In this document: positions 24,396 through 38,024 of the stretch, in pieces
How the letters are laid out: each line of letters begins with the position of its first letter
Position numbering within the stretch: position 1 is the first letter of the stretch
From: Schmidtea polychroa
Lineage: Eukaryota
NCBI GenBank assembly: GCA_044892525.1
Contig: CM097885.1
Location: forward strand, 29,762,001 to 29,826,000
Length of the DNA: 64,000 nucleotides
Reading direction: 5' to 3'
Notes under the pieces: model-generated
Told to the model about the DNA's origin: nothing
The model's database searches: none
What the model saw: the letters and a program-made list of their open reading frames with translations, nothing else
Program-made: the position numbers and the translations under genes

Positions 24396-27300
24396 GTGTG
24401 TTACACATTAATTGTATACAAGATTGTAGATGCAGTCATTGAGGAACCAGTCCAAGATACTGTGGACCTGCCAATACCAATAGAGCCCACAGTTGTCGAA
24501 GAACCACAGATAACCACAAACAACGAAAATATAGAAATTAGTGAAACAGATAGAGATTTGGTAGAGAAACACACAACACCTGCACCAACATCAGTCAGCA
24601 AATCAAAACAACAACCAAAAAATATCCGGTCCAAGAGCATAAAGAAAAGAAGACAAGTGGATGACACCGAATACCAAGAAAACACAAAGGATAACAAAAA
24701 AATACGTACCGGTGGAGGACCGTCAACGGCAAATACTCCACTGACCAATCTTATTATACCAAATATGAAAATCAACGATGAACTAAAAATCCAATGCAAT
24801 TGCAAAAAAAATAGATACTCGTACTCAACAGATACCAATGCCACCAAACACTTCAAAGAGTTACATCCACAATCCGGAGATCCAATAATAGAGTGCGGAA
24901 TATGCAAAGCCATCATCACTATCAATGAAGCAATAGAACATATAGCAGTCCATAGAGAGAACAATACAAAAGAAAGGAACATACAGCAGCCCGCAATCAA
25001 ACCAACAGAGGAGGACATCCCTACGGAGACCAGCTGACTATCACAGACAGCGATAGAATATTACATAAAATTTCTATCGCTCAGTATACCTACTCCAAAC
25101 ACCGTGGCCTATATCAAACCAACATGTGCCACGGACCTGATAGAGAATAATAAGGCTGGTCTCTACAGTAACATCCATTTGGATACAATCGTGGGCTCTG
25201 ATAGGGTCGTATGGCTGATCCATTGGAAACTCTGTCACTGGTCAATATACCTAGCGGACAAAGAAAATAGGGAGTCGGTAATTCTTGATACTGATGACCA
25301 AATATCCGAATCAGAGAAAAGTACAATAAAGGCCAAAATGGATGAAATACTAAGGATGACTACACAGGATCAAGCCCCATTCAACAGAATATCAATTGAC
25401 GAATACCCCAAACAAGATAACGATTATGATTGTGGAGTGTTCGTTCTTCAATATATAATGGACTTCTTAGAAAATCCAGAGAGACCCTTATTCAATATGC
25501 CTGATTCAGATAAAATAAGAACACAAATTACAACGAGCATACTAGAAGATATCAAAAAATACAAAAAATGCAACAATGAAACAAAGAATGAAGACATAGA
25601 AGACGCCATAAATCAATTTAGACTACACCAATTATCAATAAATGACATACTTAATTGGTTCAAGAACAGATTCCTAAAAGATCAAAAGCCGAGAAGAGCA
25701 TGCAGAAGCGAAAATAAAAAACCCAAGCTATGCTCATACCAAATACAGAGATTATATACAATAAACTCGGGCAAAGCAATAATACAAATTCACAATGAAA
25801 CATGCAAAGTTATTGACCTAACATCAACGGCAATGGACCTGCATTTTATAAGAACAAAGCCTCCAAAGATACAAAATATGATTAATATTACGGATAAAAG
25901 ACCAGAATGGGAATCATCAAAGCCATTTACAGAGAAAGATGTATCCATTGGAATAAAAAACAGCAAAGATGCAGCACCAGGAGAGGATGGAATTCCAATA
26001 AGAGCATGGAAAGAATGGATGCCTGAAGACCCATTAACTCCAATATTCAACAAAATAATAGAATCCAAAAACATCCCAGATTCATGGAAAACTTATGTTA
26101 CAAAGTTAATTAAAAAACTAGGCAAAAGTAACCAAGCACACAATCCGGCAAATTGGAGACCAATAGCATTAATGCCCACAAGTTATAGAATTTTTATGAA
26201 AATCCTTAACAAAAGAATTCTCCAATGGATCCACGAACACAGGTTAATTTCGAAATGGCAAAAGGCAGTGAATATATCCAATGGGTGTGATGAACATAAT
26301 TACATCATCACTGTTCAAAAAGAAAAGCCCAACAGAAAAAGATACAAAGGATGTGAATGCCACCTAGTGTTCTTGGATCTTGCGGATGCCTTCGGCAGCA
26401 TTCCACACGAAGTGATCTGGCATACTTTAGAACAGAAAGGCCTAAATAAAAACACCATAAGCCTATTGCAAGAATGCTATAAAGACTGTCACACTATATA
26501 TCAAAGTGGTGACACCAGATCAAGCCAAATCAAACAAGTAAAAGGTGTTAGACAAGGATGCCCACTATCAATGACCATCTTCAGCCTCTGTATTGAATAT
26601 CTAATACAAGCTGCAATAAATAGTGGGAAAGGAGTCGAGATAGCTGGAGAGAAAATAAGCATTTTAGCATATGCGGACGATCTCGTTCTTATGGCACCAC
26701 AACACTATCAAATCCAAGAAATGCTCAACATAATAGTGGAACAAGCAAAGATGGCTCACCTTATATTTAAACCCGAAAAGTGTGGTTACTACCTAAATAA
26801 AAAAGATGCTATTGGATGGGAAAACAACATCTTTCTCGACGGAACAAAGATCAAACATATAAATGAGGAAAATCTTTACACTTACCTTGGTGTCACAGTT
26901 GGTAGCACAAAGAAAAACGATCTAAATCAAATTTTCAAAGAAGTTGAAGACAAAGCAATCAGCATTTTCAGATCTTCGTTGAGGGCTCACCAGAAAATCG
27001 AGGCATATAACATCTTTTGCCATTCAAAATTCATATTCATCTTGCAAGCCGAAGAAATAGCTAAAAGCGAAGCTGGAAAATTTGATGACAAAATTAGAAT
27101 GCTAATAAAGGATAAAGAGGTGCTTGACCTACAACATAAAAGCCCTCTAATGGACGCAATTTTTTACTCCCCGACCGAAAAAGGAGGCATTGGTATTACA
27201 AAGATAGTAGACGAACAGATCATACAAACAATTTCTCGTTTCCTAAAGTTGATAAACAGCAGTCATTCGGCAATAGTAAACATATTAACGGAAGAATTAA

Positions 27301-27641
27301 TAGATGTAGCCGAAACAAGAACCGATTCCCCCATCAACTCATTGTCAGATTCGTTAAAATGGTTAGATGAAACATATGCCCATAAAAGAACAAATTCGGC
27401 AAAAAAATCATGGTTAGATAGAGTAAAGAATGCAATAACTCAATTATACAACGATCATGATATCAAATTGACTTTCCTATCACGAAATATTGGCACTGGA
27501 TGTAACATCAAATCCTACAATCAAGAAAAACCTGAGGAAGTCTTTCCTCCATTCTTAGACGAAGCCTCAAAAAAGCTACACAAAATGATCAGAGAAGGCC
27601 TATATCAAACCAACATGTGCCACGGACCTGATAGAGAATAA
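24396..27641 (+). pseudogene. Copy 2 of subfamily A ZF-Ulp1-RT ORF
   Basis: Translation identical to 1306-4551. Confidence 0.93.
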
Positions 27642-30600
27642 TAAGGCTGGTCTCTACAGAAACATCCATTTGGATACAATCGTGGGCTCTGATAGGGTCG
27701 TATGGCTGATCCATTGGAAACTCTGTCACTGGTCAATATACCTAGCGGACAAAGAAAATAGGGAGTCGGTAATTCTTGATCCTGATGACCAAATATCCGA
27801 ATCAGAGAAAAGTACAATAAAGGCCAAAATGGATGAAATACTAAGGATGACTACACAGGATCAAGCCCCATTCAACAGAATATCAATTGACGAATACCCC
27901 AAACAAGATAACGATTAAGAAGTTTTTGCAAATGAGTAGTCAAACAAAAATTTGGAAGAAATGAAAGCTTGGGCCGCCACAACCAGTTATCCCTGTGGTA
28001 AACACACAAATTCAACAATCGAAGAGGATGAAAACATCGCAAAGGAATCAGAAATACAGAAAATTCACGAAAAAACCAATAAATTAGAGTCTGGAATACT
28101 GATGATGATGAAATGGATACAAACTCTAACCAATGAAATAAAAACTCTATCGGAAAAATTGGACAAATCGCAAAATGGGAATGAATCAGACGGAGGAATT
28201 CAAAGGAAAAGCTATGCCAAAATTGCCAAAAAATCAAATACAAATTTAAATCTCAAAGAAAATAACAAAAATTTAAATTTTACGAATTATAAAAATTCAG
28301 AAAATCCAGAAAATCCAGATAATAATTTAACTTTCAAAGAAAATAATTAAAATTTAAATTCTACGAATTATAAAAATCCAGAAAACCCAGAAAATTCTGA
28401 TAATAATTTAATTTTCAAAGAAAATAATGAAAATTTAAATTCTACGAATTATAAAAATTCAGAAAATCCAGAAAATTTAAAAGATTTTAAAAATTTAAAA
28501 AATGGAAAATCAATTAAAAATTTTAAAACTCAGTATACCTACTCCAAACACCGTGGCCTATATCAAACCAACATGCGCCACGGACTTAATAGAAAATAAT
28601 AAGGCTGGTCTCTACAGAAACATCCATATGGATACAATCGTGGGCTCTGATAGGGTCGTATGGCTGATCCATTGGAATCTCTGTCACTGGTCAATATACC
28701 TAGCGGACAAAGAAAATAGGGAGTCGGTAATCCTTGATCCTGATGACCAAATATCCGAATCAGAAAAAAACACAATAAAAGCCAAAATGGACGAAATTCT
28801 AAGAATGACCACACAAGAATAACAATTGACGAATACCCCAAACTATGACTGTGGGGTGTTCGTACTCCAATACATATCCGACTTCCTATCCAGTGACAGA
28901 GGGATCAGATTTACGACCCCAAACTCAATGGAAATCAGAGAGCAAATTAAAAATATCTTAATGGAAAATATAGACAAATATGATAGCCTAGCCTCAATCA
29001 AGAAAAATGAGGCTATTGAGGCTATCATAACCAGCTTCCGCCTACACAAGACAAACATCGACCAATTCCTCAAATGGTTCACTGATTTATTCAATAAAGA
29101 TCGAAAGCCACAAAGGAATCATAGAGATAAAACATATACAATTACCAAATGCTCCTACCAGATACAGAGAATATTCACAGTGGCACCTGGTAGGGCTATC
29201 AAAGAGATAGACAGAATCCTGGAACCGGCTACCGATTTAACAACAGCGGTGATAGACACATACTTCGAAAGACCCACTCCTCCAAAAATGAGAGAAAAAC
29301 CAGCACCCATTAAAAGTGATCCGGAGTGGGAAACAAATAAACCAATAACCAGGGCAGACATCGATGAAGCAATAATAAACAGCAAAGATGCTGCACCTGG
29401 TATGGACCAAATCCCACTTCGACAATGGAGGGAGTGGATGGCATTTGATGCGCTAACACCAATCTTCAACAAAATCCTGGAGACGCATCAAATTCCCGAA
29501 GTATGGAGAAAATATTTATTTGAATTAAAGAATGAGAATCGTCAATTAAGTTTGGAAATGAAAAACATGAAGAAAATGATGGAACAAAAGATAAAATCAA
29601 TTGAAACTTTAGAACAAATTATCAAAGACTCTGCCAAAATTTCTACAGAAAATAGAAAAACACAACCAAATTCAGATGAGATTGTGAAAATTCGAGAAAA
29701 AGAGCATTATTTAAACAAAGTGTGTGTTACACATTAATTGTATACAAGATTGTTATCACAAGATTGCTTGTTTTTATTAATAAATTTTTGACTCTGACAC
29801 CTCATGCTGGTGTTCCTCATCTGGGAAAAGTTTGCTGACTTATCTAAGATTTTTTAATTTTTAATTGAGCTTAATTCTGAATTTATTTCTTTTTGTAATT
29901 TTTCTATTGGTTTAAAAATATTTTAAATTGATTTTAAATTTTTTAAATGATTTTTATTATTACTTTTAAAATTTCTTGGATTAATTTTATTATTTTTTGT
30001 ATTTTTAATATTTAAATTTAAATCATGGGTATTTCCTTGAAAGTTTTTAAATTTTCTTGGATATTTATTTGAAAATTTAATTTCATGTTTAAATTTTTAT
30101 TGTTTTCTTGAAATATTTTATTATTCTTTGAAATTAATTTTTCTTGTATTTTCTTGTATATATAATAAAATTCATGTTTTTATCCAAATTTAACATTATT
30201 TCCAAGCTTTTTTCTTGATAAATAAATTTGTCTTGGATATTTTCTTGAAGATTTGACATATTGTGTATCACTTTTATTATTTCCATCTGTAATTTTCAAA
30301 TTGAAGTTTTGTTTTTAGTATTTTTTATCTGGGAAAGGTTTAAAAAAATATCGAAAATATTAAAACAATACCATTTAATATTTATAATTTTATTGAAAAT
30401 TTAGATCAAGATGATATTAAAAAAACTAGAATGTAAAAATTATATTTATAGAAAATTTATCTAAAAATTTATATAAGAATTTTGATAAAAAATAAATGAT
30501 TAAACTACAAATGCTTAAAAATTATATATAACATTAAAAATATATCTAAACATTTAAACTTTAAAGAAATATATATTAAAATATAATTTTAAAGATAAAA

Positions 30601-32608
30601 AATCTTTAAATTTAAAAGAAATATGTTACCAAAGAATATTGAACTATCAACAGAAAATAATAAAAACTCTGAATGATAATTGAATAATAATTTTTAAAAT
30701 GTTACTTATTCAATTAAAAACAAAAAACGAATCCAGATAATATTCAGGAAAGCAATAACAATGCCAAAAAACCAAGATCCAATAATGAAAAACGCAGCAA
30801 CTCTGCCCAAAAAAATGAAATCAAAAATTCAGAGACTCCCATAAAACCATTAAACTTTGACAATAATGTCAAATCTAATGATATAAATATATTTCTATTC
30901 CATGAAAATACCAGATTATCAAAAACATATATAGAAATAGAATATTATAAGAAGAAATTTGTAAAAATCTGTCAAAAATGATAAAAAATAGTGAATGTTA
31001 TAAAAACGATAAATTTGTCGTTTAAATTATCGTTTTTATTGCAGTTTTAATTTTTAATGTTTTGAGTATGATTTAATTATTTCAAGATTCATTAATAATA
31101 AAAATCAAGATTAAATTAATTTTTGAAATATTAAATTTATCACAGAAAATATCTCAAAGTTAGAGGATATGGGTCTTTTATTAGAAATAAAATATAAAAA
31201 TATCTATTGAATAAAATAAGCATTTTTAGAAATAAAAATGTAAACAATTTTAAAAATTCAATATTTATTTGAAATTTGGAAGTTCAAATATTAAATTAAA
31301 AAAAATCTTTTTTGGCAGAATAGGTTTATTTAATTATAGTTGAATTATTTGTATTTTTTTAAAGTTAAAAATGTAAGTGTGTAAAATATTATTGATATAA
31401 ATAAAAAAAATATCATAAGAAAATTTAAATGATAAAAATTAATTTATTATTAAAAATAATTGAAAATATACAAAAAACAAATCAAATTTAAAAATATCAA
31501 TAAAAATATTTAGAAATAAAAGTTAAAACAATTTTTAAAATTTAATATTTTTTTTTAAAAATGGAAGGTCAAATATCGAATTTAAAAATATTTTAATCCA
31601 AATTTAAAAGAAACATTTAATTATAATAATAATATTGAAATTTTAGATCAAGTTGATATTAAAAAATTAGAATGTTACAATTATATTTATGAAAAGTATA
31701 TCTAAAATATCAAACTTTAAAGAAAATTATATCAGAATATGATTTTAAAGATAAAAAATATATTAAAAGTTCAAAAATATTTTTACAAAAAATATTGAAG
31801 TACCAACAGATTTATAATAACTCTAACAGTTATATAAATAGTTTTTTTAAATTTAACTAATTCAATGAAAAAGAATTTTAAAACAATGAAAAATTCGAAA
31901 TTCAGAACAATTCAGAACCTCGTCCAAATGAAATTGGAAAAAGCCCTAAATAACTTTCCACTAAATGCCAATTAATAGTAAAATAAATAATTTACAGTTT
32001 AATCAATAACTTATATATAATTAAAAATTAAAAAAATTAAATCATTAAATTATATTATATTTCTCATTATTCTTGAATGAAGAGTTTGAACTTTTTGAAT
32101 TCTATGATTGTTGAGTTCTCAATTTCAAAATTAGAGTATATGGGTCTTTTATTAGAAAGTTAATTTATTATTAAAAATAATTTAAAATATACAAAAAACA
32201 AATAAAATATAAAAATATCTATTGAAGAAGATATGAAAATATTTGGAAATAAAAATATATACAATTTTCAAAAATTTATTATTTATTTAAAAAGTTCAAA
32301 TATTGAATAGAAAAATATTTTATTCAAAATTCTAAAAAAATATCGAAAATATTAAAAAACCATTTAATTTTTATATAATTATTGAAAATTTAGATCAAGT
32401 TGATATTTAAAAAATTAGAATGTAAAAATTATATTTATAGAAAATATATCTAAAAAGAATTTTAAATCAATGAAAAATCAAAATTCAGAACAATTCAGAA
32501 CCTCGTCCAAATAAAATTGGAAAAACCCCTTATAACCTTCCACCAGTATCCAAGATAAAGTACAACAAAAACGAAATGCCAAATTATAGTAAAATAATCA
32601 ATTAACAG

Positions 32609-32648
<40 letters not shown>

Positions 32649-34380
32649 CATTTCTTATTCCTTGTGATCTCCAATGCTTCGAATTGAAACAGTTTTTCTC
32701 GTATGTCTTGTGATGACATTTAGATAAAAACTTTCGTTTCTTGGAATCTGGATGTTAGTGGGCTGATAATATCTGGTTGGTAATTGGTTGTTATTATCTA
32801 GTTATTATCTAGTTATATTCGATAACTAACAGCTTCTACAAAATCCAAAGAATCTACTAGGTCATCCTGGAAGACTAATCCGAGAAATTGATAACGTGTT
32901 TAGTCTTTTATCAAAAGGTGAATGCATTTAAAATTAGGACAGGATATGTTATCAGATTACACAAAAATCCATCATAATTTAATATCAAATAAAATAAGTA
33001 GATTATTTAACAAAATTAAATTATTTTTAGATAAAGAAATACCAATCGAAACAAGAAGAAAATATGTCGTTTGTATTATGTTTTGAGTATGATTTAATTA
33101 TTGGAGATTCAATAATAATAAAAATTAAGATTGAATTAATTGTTGAAATATTAAATTTATCACAGAAAATATCTCGATGTTAGAGGATATGGGTCTTTTA
33201 TTAGAAAGTTAATTTATTAATAAAAATAATTTAAAATATACAAAAAACAAATAAAATATAAAAATATCTATTGCCTAAGATAAATATCTCAAAATTAGAG
33301 TATATGGGTCTTTTATTAGAAAGTTAATTTATTATTAAAAATAATTTAAAATATACAAAAATTAAATAAAATATAAAAATATCTTTTGGCTAAGATAAAC
33401 ATTTTTAGAAATTAAAATGTAAACAATAATTATTTAAAATTGAAAGTTCAAATATTGAATTAAAAAAAATTTTTTTGGCAGAATGGGTTTATTTAATTAT
33501 AGTTGAATTATTTGTATTTTTTTAAAGTTAAAAATGAAAGTGTGTATGTAAGTCATAAATATCATAAGAAAATTTAAATGATAAAAATTAATTTATTATT
33601 AAAAATAATTGAAAATATACAAAAAACAAATCAAATTTAAAAATATCAATAAAAATATTTAGAAATAAAAGTTAAAACAATTTTTAAAATTTAATATTTT
33701 TTTTTAAAAATGGAAGGTCAAATATCGAATTTAAAAATATTTTAATCCAAATTTAAAAAAAACATTTAATTATAATAATAATATTGAAATTTTAGATCAA
33801 GATGATAATAAACAATTAGAATGTTACAATTATATTTATGAAAAATATATATAAAATATCAAACTTTAAAGAAAATTATATCAGAATATGATTTTAAAGA
33901 TAAAAAATATATTAAAATTTCAAATATATTTTAACAAAAAATATTGAAGTACCAACAGATTTATAATAACTCTAACAGTTATATAAATACATTTTTTTAG
34001 TTTAACTAATTCAATGAAAAAGAATTTTAAAACAATGAAAAATTCGAAATTCAGAACAATTCAGAACCTCGTCCAAATGAAATTGGAAAAAGCCCTAAAT
34101 AACTTTCCACCAGCATCCAAGATGAAAAACAACGATAACTAAATGCCAATTAATAGTAAAAAAAAATAATTAACAGTTTAATCAATAACTTATATATAAT
34201 TAAAAATAAATAAAAAAATTAAAAAAATTAAATCATTAAATTATATTATATTTCTGATTATTCTTGAATGAAGATTTTGAACTTTTTGAATTCTATGATT
34301 GTTGAGTTCTCAGTTTCTGGTTGTTTGGTAGTGGAAATCTCTCTGTCTTTGGCGGCCAATGCGTTCATATTTTCTTTTGA

Positions 34381-34573
34381 AAATTATATAGTAGGGTAAA
34401 ACTAACATGTCTCACAACAGTCTAAACCAAGCTCACGTTCCCTATTAGTGAGTGAACAATCCAACGCTTTGCGAAATCTGCTTCGCAATGATAGGAAGAG
34501 CCGACAACGAAGGATCAAAAAGCGACGTCGCTATGAACGCTTGGCCACCACAAGCCAGTTATCCCTGTGGTAA
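34381..34573 (-). rRNA. 28S rRNA: 28S rRNA fragment (shortened copy of 14614-14806)
   Basis: Same sequence as the first fragment; the sarcin-ricin portion is deleted. Confidence 0.92.
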
Positions 34574-36413
34574 TAGCACAAATTCGAAAATCGGAGAAGA
34601 TGAAAACATCACAACAATATCAGAAATACAAAAATTACATCAAAAAAACAGTCATTTGGAATCAGGAATGCAGATAATGATGAAAATGATGCAATCATTG
34701 ACTGAAGAAATAAATACTCTAAAAAAATGATGGACAAATCACAAAATGGGAATGAAACAGATAAAAATAATCAAAGAAACAGTTATGCCCAAATTGCCAA
34801 AAAATCAAATAGCAATTTAAATTTCCAAGAAAATGATAAAAATTTGAATTTTACAAATTGTAAAAAAAATTCAAATTCGGAAGAAAATAATAAAAATTTA
34901 AATTTAAATTCAAATTTAAATACAGAAAATCAAGAGAATTTAAATATTTTAAAATCAAATATTAATGATTTTAAAATTTCGAAGAATACATCATTTAAAA
35001 ATTTTAAAAATAAGAAAGATTTTATAAATAATAAAAATGATTTTAAGCCAATAATCAATCAACACTGAAATCCAGATCTGCGCTGAGAAAATTAATACTA
35101 CAACACTGAATTCTCAACCAGTAGAATCAAACAGAAAGAGAAGAAAGGCAATCTTAGCAAGTGATGAAGAGCAAAATCTTCCAAAAAAGACTAATAATCA
35201 TAAAGAGCAACCCATATTCGACCAACCTGAAAAATTGATTGGAGGAGGACCAAGTGATAATGAGAACTTCCAGATCCACGTTACTAATGAACTAACCTAC
35301 AAATGTGCTCTGATTGGATGCATATCCAAATCTGAATCATTAGCCGGGATTAAACAGCATGTATCAAGAGCCCATAAAATCAGGACAACATACACTAAAT
35401 GCCATCAATGACCAAACAATATTCAACAACATGAAATTGAAGAACATGTCAAATATCATAAAGAGTTGACAAATAAATATAAAGATGCGAAAATGGATGT
35501 CATAATTCCAACAAAAAATGACATTCCTTCAAACATCGCATGACTAGCACAGTCAGCTATCGAGGCTCAAATAAGATCAATCATAAAAGAGCCTAAGAAC
35601 AAAGATAGCATAATCTGTTACTTAAATCCCCAGTGCGCTAATGACCTAATATCAAACAACAGGAATGGCCTCTTTAAAAAGTTAAAAATGGATGCCCTTG
35701 TTGGATGTGAGCTTACTATTTGGCTAATCCATTGGAATAAAAGTCATTGAACTGTATACCTTGCAGAAAGGAAAAACAGGACGTCAGTAATTATGAACCC
35801 TGACAATCAAATGTCTCAAGAACTTAAGATTTCCATCAAAAAGAAAATAGATGATATACTGAGAATAACTTCCTCCGAGCAAGACAATGAAATGCAATTA
35901 ATGAACATCCCAATCTATCCAACTCAGACAAACAAATATGATTGTGGAGTGTTCGTTATTCAATATATAATGGACTTCCTAGAAAATCCGGAGAGGCCCA
36001 TATTCAATATGCCCGACTCCGATAAAATAAGAACCCAAATAACATCAAGCATATTAGAGGATATCAAAAGATACAAAAAATGCTCAAATGAATCAAAGAA
36101 AGAAGATATAGAAGATGCTATAAACCAATTTAGATTACACCAGCTATCAATAAACGATATACTAAATTGGCTCAAACACAGATTTCTAAAAGATCCTAAA
36201 CCGAGAAGGGCATGCAGAAGCGAAAATAAAAAACCCAATCTATGCTCATACCAAATACAGAGGATATACTCAATAAACTCTGGCAAAGCGATAATGCAAA
36301 TACATAATGAATCATGCAAGGTTATTGACCTAACATCAACGTCAATGGACCTGCATTTTACAAAACCAAAGCCACCAAAAATACAGAACATGATTAATAT
36401 TGCGTACAAAAGA
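34574..36413 (+). pseudogene. Copy of subfamily C 5' half, interrupted by the Polinton
   Basis: Matches 14807-16646 up to TGCGTACAAAAGA. Confidence 0.9.
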
Positions 36414-37657
36414 AGTAGTAGGATGTGGGCTCCCCCGGCCAGGAGCTCCCCCGGCCACATATACCCCCTCCCCCCCCCCCGGGAAAAAAATTTTTTTTTA
36501 ATTTTTTGTTTTAATTAATTGGCCGGGCGGGCTCACACTTTTTTTCATCCCAAAAATTAATGTTCCTGCCAACAGATTTTATTGACCGATACCTCATCTT
36601 AAAGCTCAGTCCAAGACCTTTCGAATGAGCTATAGGTATCATATATATATTTAATATAGTTTTAATGTTATTAACAATTGATGACCACCATCTTTTCAAC
36701 GTTAAATTATTATTATTTTCCAAAATATTATTAATTGGCCGGGCGGGCTCCTACTTTTTTTCATCCCAAAGATAAATGTTCCCGCCAACATATTATATTG
36801 GTCGATAGCTTATTTTAAAGCTCAGTCCAAGACCTTTCGAATGAGCTATAGGTATCATATATATATTTAATATAGTTTTAATGTTATTAACAATTGATGA
36901 CCACCATCTTTTCAACGTTAAATTATTATTATTTTCCAAAATATTATTAATTGGCCGGGCGGGCTCCTACTTTTTTTCATCCCAAAGATAAATGTTCCCG
37001 CCAACATATTATATTGATCGATAGCTTATTTTAAAGCTCAGTCCAAGACCTTTCTAATGAGATATAGATTTTTATCATACGATGACTCATCACATTTTTA
37101 GAACAAAGACAATGACTCATCACATTTTTAGAATGATGTCTAATATTTTAGAATGATGCCTAATATTTTTAGAATGATTACGTCACATTTTTAGAATGAT
37201 GCCTCTTATTTTTAGAATGATTACGTCATATTTTTAGAATGATGCCTAATATTTTTAGAACGATTACGTCATACTTTTAGAACGATGCCAAATATTTTTA
37301 GAATGATTACGTCATACTTTTAGAACGATGCCTAATATTTTTAGAACGATGCCTAATATTTTTAGAACGATGTCTATTATTTTTAGAATGATTAGTCATA
37401 CTTTTAGAACGATGTCTATTATTTTTAGAATGATTACGTCATACTTTTAGAACGATGCCTAATATTTTTAGAATGATTACATCATAATTTTAGAACGATG
37501 CCTAATATTTTTAGAATTAATAATTTTGTTTTAATTATCGATGATTATATAATTTTGTTTAAATCATTGATTATATAATTTTTTTTTGTTTTAATTATCG
37601 AATACGTAATAATATAATTTTGTTTAAATCGTTGATTACATATTATTATTTTCTAAG

Positions 37658-37730
<73 letters not shown>
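36414..37730 (+). repeat. Left terminal inverted repeat region: GC-rich tip, 216-bp repeats (about 2.5x), ~20-23-bp minisatellite, (ATT)n
   Basis: GGCCGGGCGGGCTC at 36521, 36737 and 36953; TTTTAGAA(C/T)GATGCCTAATA units about 37095-37517; inner part mirrored at 48840-49186. Confidence 0.85.
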
Positions 37731-37933
37731 GTTAACGAAAAATCTAAAATATGGTTTACACACACAACCCCTCAACCATTATTATTATTATCAATATTAA
37801 TAACCTAAAATATTTTCTACACACACACACACATGCACAACTCATTAACCATTATTATTATCAGTATTAGTGAAATTCTAAAATATTTTCTACACACATA
37901 TACAACCCATTAAACTTTTATTATTATTATTAA

Positions 37934-38024
<91 letters not shown>

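Larger units (their letters stand above)
23091..36413 (+). repeat. Segmental duplication copy 2 of 1-16646
   Basis: ORFs identical at offset 23090; lacks one 2.17-kb unit and the ~1.13 kb equivalent to about 13480-14613. Confidence 0.95.

Noticed and set aside
37095..37517. Short repeat array that superficially resembles CRISPR
   Set aside because: Units are contiguous variants without unique spacers, there are no cas genes, and it is mirrored in the opposite terminal repeat
37620..37808. Poly-Ile/Leu/Tyr ORFs (also 41643-41885, 48692-48940, 63191-63439)
   Set aside because: Translations of (ATT)n/(AAT)n microsatellites
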